Below, one piece after another: positions 28,935 through 36,244 of a stretch of 36,244 nt of DNA (its first letter is position 1; every line of letters starts with the position of its first letter). Source of the stretch: Chrysochromulina tobinii (taxonomy: Eukaryota). Position numbers and translations under genes: made by a program. The stretch spans positions 1-36,244 of the forward strand of contig JWZX01002258.1 in NCBI GenBank assembly GCA_001275005.1. The letters are read 5' to 3'. The notes beneath the pieces are model-generated. The model was not told the origin of the DNA and searched no databases. It worked only from the letters and a program-made list of their open reading frames with translations.

Positions 28935-30845
28935 ATGGCCACCTCGTCGCGACGAAGCGCTGCCGCTCTTTCCGCCGCTGCCCGCGAGCGCGCAACAGAG
29001 TACGTGAGCGAGCGCAAACCAATGGTGACTGCTGACGGGGAGGCTGCCGATCTCGGGGACGATCTCGAGATCGACAGGACGCGTGCTGCTGTTGATTGCG
29101 CAATCCAACGATTGCGTCAATCAAACGATGAGTTGCTCGGGCGCTCGAAGCGCACTAAGGGACAATGTTGCCGCCGCTGCTGCTGCTGCTGCTGCTGTCT
29201 CCTGCTTCTTCTGGCGCTTGCTGGCGCCATCATAAAGGCGCTCCTTGACCATGAAGGACCGTTGGCTCTTCCGGAGAAGAGCCCTGTGCGGCTGTGGCCA
29301 CGCCTGATTGCGAGCTCGCAGCTGTTCAACCTGGTCCTGCAACCGAGCGCAACCTCTCGTAAAGGGCGCGAATACTTTGAGCAGCAACTGCCCCTGTTGG
29401 AGGCGAGCGCGCGCAGCTTCGACTGCCTCGACTACTGGTGCAAGAACCTGACCGTGCCGTCCATGGAAACGAATTGGTTCCCCGGGTTACAGAAGTACGA
29501 GTGGTACTCGCTGCTCACATATCGGTACGACATGATGCTCGAGAAGATGCGCGCCGACCCGCGCGCCGACGACTTCCGCATGGAGAAGAACAAGTGCGAC
29601 ATGTATGACTGGTACGCGCTCAACGGGTTTCGTGCGATGCGCGTCATCTACAGGTGGTCGGCGCGCGGCGAGTGGGGCACCTCGCCCGCGAGTGGGGCCC
29701 AACAGGTGGTCACCGACCTGCTCGAAAACCGCACGGGCCATGACTTTCCGATGTACCTGAAGATGTGCCATCTCACTCAGGGCTGGCAGCGTGCGACGCG
29801 ACGGCTCAAGAGCCGCGAGGAGCTCGAGGCCAATCGTGCAGAGGTTGAGGACTGGATTGGAAAGCTGTGGGCAGTGCACCCGGACGACTGGGAGAGGCCT
29901 TGGGCGGCGGCGCACAACATGCTCACCGACACGCTCTCGCCTGGCGCGTTGGTGCAGGAGCTGTACCCTGGCAATTTCGTGGGCAACTACGACCCAGCTG
30001 CAGAGGAGGTCGGTGCGGTCGTGGAGTTGAAGACGTATGTGATCTGGGGGCACGCGTACATGGGTTCGATCCACGACATCCTGCTGCTGCGCGACGGTAC
30101 GATGGAGGATTACCATGATCAATGGCTCTCGATGCTCCATGGGCACGTGTCCTCCAAGGTGCTCCAGTGGGTTGTGACTGAGGGGCACCTCGAGCGCGCC
30201 TTTTTCATGGCCGAAACTGCAGCGCTGGTCGCCGGGATGGACATGGTGCGCATGGACTTTTTCCTTCGCAAAGGCGATCCCGCGGGCATTGTTTTCAACG
30301 AGGACTCGATCTCGTCGGCACGCAGCCCAATCTACCACCACCATTTCGACCACATGTCGTACGCGTGGGCGCGCGGCCACGTCGAGCGCTGGTACCGCCC
30401 TTTTGACGCCGGTGGCAAGCGCACGTATGAGCTCAGCCTGCACGACGAGGTGGTTCCCAACAAGCAGCGCATTCGGCTCAAGCTGGCCAGTAACGCTGCG
30501 CTCGCAGAGGAGGTGGGGCTGCACATGTCAAGCCGCTCGTCTCAACCTCCGCCTCCGCCTCCAACGCCCGCGCCCGCTCTGACGGTGCCCACAACGCCGT
30601 ATGGCTCGTGCTGGATGCAGCACCCATCGGGCTGTCCGTGCGCAGCTGGCAGTGGCTGCCGCACTGCGAACAGTACGGCGTACTTCCCCGTAGGGTGGAA
30701 CCGCGACACGTATGGCGAGAACAATCTCAACTCGCGCACGTTCGAGGGTTGCATGGCGCGTGCTATCGGCGAGAACGCATGGTGTGGCACGACGAACGTC
30801 GAGACGTACTATGTGCCCTTCCCGTCTCCATCGCCCCCCCCGTGA
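28935..30845 (+). CDS. Type II membrane protein with TupA-like ATP-grasp domain and C-terminal Cys-rich module (may continue via a GTGAGT donor overlapping the stop)
   Basis: Poly-Cys plus TM (CCRRCCCCCCCLLLLLALAGAII). ATP-grasp TupA-like motifs EKNKCDMYDW, MYLKMCH, GALVQEL, ELKTYVIWG, MVRMDFF, IVFNE. Pro-rich linker, then a Cys/Trp domain. Confidence 0.7.
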   Translation: MATSSRRSAAALSAAARERATEYVSERKPMVTADGEAADLGDDLEIDRTRAAVDCAIQRLRQSNDELLGRSKRTKGQCCRRCCCCCCCLLLLLALAGAIIKALLDHEGPLALPEKSPVRLWPRLIASSQLFNLVLQPSATSRKGREYFEQQLPLLEASARSFDCLDYWCKNLTVPSMETNWFPGLQKYEWYSLLTYRYDMMLEKMRADPRADDFRMEKNKCDMYDWYALNGFRAMRVIYRWSARGEWGTSPASGAQQVVTDLLENRTGHDFPMYLKMCHLTQGWQRATRRLKSREELEANRAEVEDWIGKLWAVHPDDWERPWAAAHNMLTDTLSPGALVQELYPGNFVGNYDPAAEEVGAVVELKTYVIWGHAYMGSIHDILLLRDGTMEDYHDQWLSMLHGHVSSKVLQWVVTEGHLERAFFMAETAALVAGMDMVRMDFFLRKGDPAGIVFNEDSISSARSPIYHHHFDHMSYAWARGHVERWYRPFDAGGKRTYELSLHDEVVPNKQRIRLKLASNAALAEEVGLHMSSRSSQPPPPPPTPAPALTVPTTPYGSCWMQHPSGCPCAAGSGCRTANSTAYFPVGWNRDTYGENNLNSRTFEGCMARAIGENAWCGTTNVETYYVPFPSPSPPP

Positions 30846-31308
30846 GTTTGCTACACTTAAGGTGCTGTCCTGCGCGGATGACGCGCGACGCGTGCGTGCG
30901 TGCGGTTCTATCTGTGAAGGCCGTTTCGATGAGCTTTACAGTCACCGGTCCGGCTCGTAGCACGTATCTTGCCATAGATCGTGTTCGGGAGTGCGCTGCG
31001 CTCCCCTCCGTTATATTAGCCATATAGGTGGACTCTCTCGTCATATCCATAGTGCAGCTGTAAAGTTTAATCTGAAACGTGGATCAAATGACGGGGGTCC
31101 TCGTTCTAAAGTGTAAAAACCCACTGTCGGGTCTTCTGTGCTCTGCCTCGGCCCTCGCTGCCTCGGCGGCTATGCTCTAAAAGCGCTTTCGTAGATGAAG
31201 ATGTGGGCATTCGCGATTGCGGAAAAGCGGAATTGGGAATGGGGCTCGACTCACGGTCCGACGGCGCGGTGCGGTGGTCGGTGCAGACTGCAGTGTGGCT
31301 ACGGTAGG

Positions 31309-34300
31309 CTAGATGCTACGGAAGGGGTTGAGCCGGCGGACGCCGCCGTCATTCTCGGTACCCATGGGGCGTAGCGCCGTGCGCAACGTGTGCGGCGGCG
31401 CCTCGCCGCGGCAGTGAAGAGCCGACGTGTCGGCGACGACGATCGTTTGTTCCACGTCTGGAAGTGGCAGGATGGGCGTAGCGCGAGGGAGCCCGATCGC
31501 GTGCAGTACGGCGGCGGCCTGGGTGCATGTGCTCGAGGCAGCATCGAAGCGGATCGACGGCTCTTTGAGTACGTCGGGTGCGTTGGCCTGGGTGCGCCCG
31601 TACAGCCAGCGCAGCTTCGCTGGGGAGCAGCGGTGCGAGCCGCGCACCACGTGCAGCGGCCCCTCAGCCTCGCTCATGTTTCGAGGGTACACCCAAATCT
31701 TGACCACGCTGTGGAACGTGTCCATGTGCAGAGCGTACTGCGGGTCGCCGGCCACGTGTCGCACGGCCCGGGGCACAAAGCGAAGCGTGTGCTCGGGCAT
31801 CGACGAGGCAGCCGCCATCCGAAGGACCTCATTGAGTCGCTCGTTACCAGTCCCACGTGAGGATGTATACTCTGCCCAATCTAGCAGTAGGACACCGTCA
31901 CGCTCCCATGCCGGCCGTAGCGCCTCCGCCTCCGCCGACCAGTTGGATGCGAGTCGGCGGCGCGAGTCGTCCATCCGCTCAGCGAGTAGTACCCGCAGCA
32001 AGTGCAGCCCAGCCGCATTGAGGGCATGAGGCACGAAGCGCACGGCAGAGAGCACAGCATCGATAAGCACGATACCCTGCATCGTGGCGATGGGCTCCGT
32101 GGCCGCACGGACCACGCGCCCGACCAAGTCGGCTACGCTCACACGTGTCACCGCCTTGAACATCGCCGCGTCGTCGTCGCTCACGTGCTCAAGGACGAGC
32201 GCACGAAGCCGCTCTACCTCTACCTCTACCTCTGGCGCCACGCGCGCAGCGGCGGCGGCGGCTTCGGCGTCGGCGTCGGTGGCGAGGGACGCCGCGGCGG
32301 AGGCTTCGGCGCGGGTCTCGGACGAGGATGGCTCGGACGCGGATGGCGTACGGAAAGCGAGCAGCATGTGGAAACCCCCGAAGGCGGCAGTGAGCGCACC
32401 CGGCACAAGGCAACCGCCCGCATGCTCGCCGCCAAATGGCACGCGCCCGAGCGCGTTGTCGAGCAGGCAGATGCCCTGCCGGCCTGAGGGGGCGTTGAGC
32501 ACTGTGTCGAGCCATACCGTGTTGCCATCCATCGGCATCACGTCGAATGAGTAGAAGCGCCATTGGACGGTACAGCCGATGCGCGCGCTCAGGGCCAGGC
32601 CGGTCCCGACCCATGAGCCAAGCGGTGTTAGCTGCAGCTGATCATCTGGATCATCTGCGGATCGTACGATAGCAAGGCCGGGATCATCTACGGATCGTAC
32701 GATAGTAAGGCCGGGCGTCATCTCGTATGGCAGGGCCGTCCACACGACGCATTGGTTGCCTGCGCCGGGCACCATGGTGGCCGTCTCCATCGTAGTCGTC
32801 GTGAGGCCGGCCGCAGAGACAACAGTGGGGGAGGAAGAGGGGGCGGCGGCTGGCTTCTCGAGGATCGTCAGCTGACTTTCGCGCCTGCTCAGGAGCCGCT
32901 GGTCACCCGAAGGGCACGGGATGGGCAGGTCGAGCGTCTGGATCACGGGGCACTTGGCCGCGGCGTGGTACTCGAGCACGAGAGTCGTGCGTGCGATGAG
33001 TCCCTCGGGGACTCCCCGATGGAGAGTATTGGTGTCGAAGACGAAGCCGGAGCCGCGCGGGCCTCCGAGGAAGGCCACCGTGTACTCGGAGCGCACGAAG
33101 CCATCGGTGTATCGCGAGTGCTCGTACCCCTCGAAAGAGTAATGGAGCAGACCGTGCGAGCCCGCCGCGACGAGCGTGGGGTGACCTCCCGCCTCTGGCC
33201 GAGGGTCGACTGCATGCAGCCGAACGAAGATCTTGAGGCGGTTGCCTGCGCGGTCATTGTGCCAGAGCCCCGCGATATTCTGTGCGCCGCTTGCATTCGG
33301 TGCGAGGCGAACTGCCTTGTACCCGTCGAGAGCCGCGTCTGGTCCCAGGTAGGCCCGAACAGCCTTGAGGATCGTGCTGTTCGAGAGGAGCGGGGCAAGG
33401 GCTGGCAAGTACACACGCGTCGCCATGCTCGCTCCGTTGGAGGCGACGGACGTGACGGCGGGGTCGGGCTGTGCAAGGGCGGCGTCGACCGCCTCCTCGA
33501 TTGCGTTGATATCAAGCCCGAAGTCGTCGATTGTGGCCAGCCCCTCCTGCTGCAGCCCGCGCGCGATCGCAGCGGCGGCCGGGTCGTCGGCCTCGAGCGC
33601 CTCGATCGCCTTCGGCTCGCCAACAGCCTTGTCGAGGTCCCACACGATGTTGACACGTGGCGACAGGTAAAGGAGGCGTAACAGCCCAATCTCCCGGCAG
33701 CTCGCATTCAGCGCGCTCAGTAACGGCCGGCGCATGATGCCCGCGTCGTTCCACTGCAGCACGCCCTCGCCGACCAGCCGGCGCAGCGCCGCCGCGTCCG
33801 CTTCGTGTGCCCTCAGGTACCGAATGAGGGCGCGCCGCCGCGCGCGGTACTCGGCTTGAAGCCCTTCGCTGAAGACGTACGCCCGGCGCGCCACCTCGGG
33901 TCGAAATGGGTCCGGCAGCCCCGCGAGAACACTGTCGTCGTCGTCGTCGGTTTCGTCGGTTTCATCGGTTTCATCGCCTTGAGTCTCGTCGGTTTTGTCG
34001 GTTTCGTCGGTTTCATCGGTTTCATCGCCTTGAGTCTCGAGAGTCTCGTCGGTTTCTGTCTCGTCGGCGCGCTGTGCTGTCGGGGCTGCGCATGCGGCGT
34101 CCGCGCCGCTCGGCTGCCGCGGCTCTGTCTCGACATATGGACTCACGTCATCTGTGCGGACGTCATATGTACTCGTCATATAGACTGCCTCGTCATATGT
34201 ACTCACGTGGCAGTCGACAGGCGAGACGCGCGAGCTCGACCCCTCACGCTTGGCGCACTCGAGGAGTAGCGCTTGCGCCATCAGCACGACCCCAAAGTCC

Positions 34301-36087
34301 AGCAACGCGCGGCTCGCATTGTAGTAGGCGGGTGCTACCTGGGCAGCTGCCTCAAGTGCACCCCGCAATGTCACAGGCACGGTGTACACTTCACAAGCCT
34401 CCTCGGCGCATGCAAGGCATCTGACGCCAAGAGCCTCCGTACATGGCGCCGCGCTGTAGTGGCTGCCGGCAGCCTCGCCGCCAACACCGCCGTGCTCGCA
34501 CTCAGCCAGCCGCGTCTCGGTACCGACGCAGCGCAGCCCACGCAGCCACATAGGGCCGTCGGAAGCAGAAGGCATGCGCATCGTGCCCGTGGCCGCACCG
34601 AAGCCGAGCTGACGGCAAGCGACGGCCGACACACGCCGTGCATCCGCCTCGTGCGCACACACGGTTCCCCACACGCCTCTCCGGAAGAATTGCACACGGC
34701 CCGCATCCGTCGAGCCGCCGTCGAAGCGCAAGCTGCCGTCCGCGGGATCGGTACGTCCGCTGCTGGCCTGCACCGAGTGTAACGAAGGGTTGGTGCCCGC
34801 GACGGCGCCCATGGCGGCGACCAGCAGCGCGGCCGACCAGCAGCCCACTACGGCGCCCAAGGCGCCCATGGCCCGGGCTCGAGACGGCGCGAGCGAAGCC
34901 GGCGAGCGCTGCGCCGGCAGCGGCGCGCCCGTCTCGAGATATCGGAGCTCCGCGGAGCTATCTGAGCTCATATCTGGCAGCGGCGCGCCCGTCTCGAGAT
35001 ATCGGAGCTCCGCGGAGCTCATGCGCGCGACGGGTGACGAGAGGCTTGCCGCACGCACATTCTGCTCAAAGTGAGCCGTGCTCGTCGTCCCAACGAGGGC
35101 AAAGCTGAGCGGCGACTGCGAGAGCACGTAGCCCAGAGCGACCACGGGCAGGTCGACGCCCTTGGCTGCCGCGAGTGCGACCGCCCTGTCACGTCGATCG
35201 AAGTTGAGGGGACCGTTGCAGTACGCGCGTCGTAACTGCCACTCGCGCCACTCGGCGACGTTGTCCTTCCCGAGCGAGATCTCCACTAGGCCCTGGTCAT
35301 CCTCGGGCGTCCATTTGCCGCACATGAAGCCCTTGGCGAGGCATTCCCAGCCGAGCATCGCCACCTGGCCGCGCGTCACCTTCGCCCACGCGGGCCGCGT
35401 CTCCGCACTCATGAAGCTCGTATTCGGCCACACGGCGCGAGAGGGCTCGGCGAGAGAGTTCTGAGGCGAGTCGGCGATCGGCGCGTGCTTGCCCGAGCGG
35501 CGCGCATACTCGAGAGCCGCGCCGAGCCTGTGCAGCTGCCAGTTGGACACGCCCCAGCCGTGAATCAGCCCTTCATCCACGAGGGCGCTCATGAAGTCCG
35601 CGATGCGCTCGACCGGCTCCATCGGGTCGTCGCGGTGCAGCAGGTACACGTCGAGGTACGCGACGCCGAGCCGGCGCAGCGAGCGCTCGAGTTCGGAGCG
35701 CACGCGCGGCTGATCACTGATCGTGCATGCCCACAGCTTCTCCTGAGTCTCGCAGCCGCCCTTGGTGATGAGCACCAGGTCCTCGCGCGCCCTGCCTGTG
35801 CAGAGCTGCCGTGCCATCAGCCAGCGGCCCATGCGCTCCTCGCAGAGGCCGCCGCCATATATGGCGGCGCAGTCAAAGGTATTGCAACCCGTCGCCCACA
35901 CGCTGTCCAGCAGTTTGTGTACTTCCTCCTCGGTCGGTAGCAGGTGCAGGAAGAGCGTGCCGTAGATGATACGTGACGCCTCTTTCCGCACGCCACCTGG
36001 TAGGCGTGCAGTGAGTACACGGCCGCGCGGCGGCATGGCGTCGAGCGGGCCCGTGGGTGACAGCGGGTCGGGAGAACTTGGGTCCAT
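31309..36087 (-). CDS. Multidomain ORF: aldo-keto reductase - TM/signal - SRCR - acidic repeat - two PhyH-like 2OG-Fe(II) oxygenase domains (~1592 aa)
   Basis: AKR: FDCAAIYGGG, LITKGG, SLRRLGVAYLDVYLLHRDD, WGVSN. SRCR: GRVQFFRRGVWGTVC...VACRQLGFG...MWLRGLRCVGTETRLAEC. Oxygenases: WHND...GSH...FDTNTLHRG and LHMD...GSH...ADTSALHCRG. First ATG at 36087. Confidence 0.8.
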   Translation of the reverse strand: MDPSSPDPLSPTGPLDAMPPRGRVLTARLPGGVRKEASRIIYGTLFLHLLPTEEEVHKLLDSVWATGCNTFDCAAIYGGGLCEERMGRWLMARQLCTGRAREDLVLITKGGCETQEKLWACTISDQPRVRSELERSLRRLGVAYLDVYLLHRDDPMEPVERIADFMSALVDEGLIHGWGVSNWQLHRLGAALEYARRSGKHAPIADSPQNSLAEPSRAVWPNTSFMSAETRPAWAKVTRGQVAMLGWECLAKGFMCGKWTPEDDQGLVEISLGKDNVAEWREWQLRRAYCNGPLNFDRRDRAVALAAAKGVDLPVVALGYVLSQSPLSFALVGTTSTAHFEQNVRAASLSSPVARMSSAELRYLETGAPLPDMSSDSSAELRYLETGAPLPAQRSPASLAPSRARAMGALGAVVGCWSAALLVAAMGAVAGTNPSLHSVQASSGRTDPADGSLRFDGGSTDAGRVQFFRRGVWGTVCAHEADARRVSAVACRQLGFGAATGTMRMPSASDGPMWLRGLRCVGTETRLAECEHGGVGGEAAGSHYSAAPCTEALGVRCLACAEEACEVYTVPVTLRGALEAAAQVAPAYYNASRALLDFGVVLMAQALLLECAKREGSSSRVSPVDCHVSTYDEAVYMTSTYDVRTDDVSPYVETEPRQPSGADAACAAPTAQRADETETDETLETQGDETDETDETDKTDETQGDETDETDETDDDDDSVLAGLPDPFRPEVARRAYVFSEGLQAEYRARRRALIRYLRAHEADAAALRRLVGEGVLQWNDAGIMRRPLLSALNASCREIGLLRLLYLSPRVNIVWDLDKAVGEPKAIEALEADDPAAAAIARGLQQEGLATIDDFGLDINAIEEAVDAALAQPDPAVTSVASNGASMATRVYLPALAPLLSNSTILKAVRAYLGPDAALDGYKAVRLAPNASGAQNIAGLWHNDRAGNRLKIFVRLHAVDPRPEAGGHPTLVAAGSHGLLHYSFEGYEHSRYTDGFVRSEYTVAFLGGPRGSGFVFDTNTLHRGVPEGLIARTTLVLEYHAAAKCPVIQTLDLPIPCPSGDQRLLSRRESQLTILEKPAAAPSSSPTVVSAAGLTTTTMETATMVPGAGNQCVVWTALPYEMTPGLTIVRSVDDPGLAIVRSADDPDDQLQLTPLGSWVGTGLALSARIGCTVQWRFYSFDVMPMDGNTVWLDTVLNAPSGRQGICLLDNALGRVPFGGEHAGGCLVPGALTAAFGGFHMLLAFRTPSASEPSSSETRAEASAAASLATDADAEAAAAAARVAPEVEVEVERLRALVLEHVSDDDAAMFKAVTRVSVADLVGRVVRAATEPIATMQGIVLIDAVLSAVRFVPHALNAAGLHLLRVLLAERMDDSRRRLASNWSAEAEALRPAWERDGVLLLDWAEYTSSRGTGNERLNEVLRMAAASSMPEHTLRFVPRAVRHVAGDPQYALHMDTFHSVVKIWVYPRNMSEAEGPLHVVRGSHRCSPAKLRWLYGRTQANAPDVLKEPSIRFDAASSTCTQAAAVLHAIGLPRATPILPLPDVEQTIVVADTSALHCRGEAPPHTLRTALRPMGTENDGGVRRLNPFRSI
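33930..34070 (-). repeat. Coding acidic microsatellite (DET)n
   Basis: GA(C/T)GAAACC repeats encoding DETDETDETDKTDETQGDET... Confidence 0.85.
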
Positions 36088-36244
36088 TGTTGTTCTATCA
36101 GTCCTTTTACCGTTGCGGAATTCGTCGACCAGTCGAGCACAGTGGCATGAGATCATTATCGATAGTGCCGATGCACCGTCGCGGGGTAGTCTGTAACGGT
36201 ATTGACGATCTTTTGGGGATTGCTCAGATGGCGCCGTATTGGTA

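Overview
GC-rich, gene-dense eukaryotic nuclear DNA with short GT-AG introns. Intron repeats, TTAGGG-like tracts and a bipartite plastid-targeting peptide suggest a haptophyte alga such as Chrysochromulina (inference). I can support about 14 protein-coding genes. Their exon-intron structures were rebuilt by hand with reading phase checked. They are: a PH-GBD/FH3-FH1 formin-like gene running off the left edge; a low-complexity hypothetical; a SHIPPO/PG-repeat protein; a Dabb-barrel protein; an SDR; a frameshifted Skp1-F-box-LRR fusion; an ER-luminal KQEL protein; a ~2866-aa MMS22L-like protein with N-terminal RAMA, SRA/YDG and zf-4CXXC_R1-like modules; a 7-exon GT-like unknown; a plastid-targeted NYN_YacP nuclease; RPB4; a DnaJ-type zinc-finger protein; a TupA-like ATP-grasp membrane protein; and an AKR-TM-SRCR-2x(2OG-Fe oxygenase) ORF. 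A 1.9-kb non-autonomous TIR element lies at 25872-27749. Two things stand out. The first is the MMS22L fusion with three putative modified-DNA reader domains. The second is a population of strand-oriented, repeat-filled introns flanked by 11-31 nt duplications of adjacent exon sequence, including tandem whole-intron duplications, zero-length and micro-exons, and a telomere-like GC-AG unit. Domain calls come from recalled motifs, not database searches.
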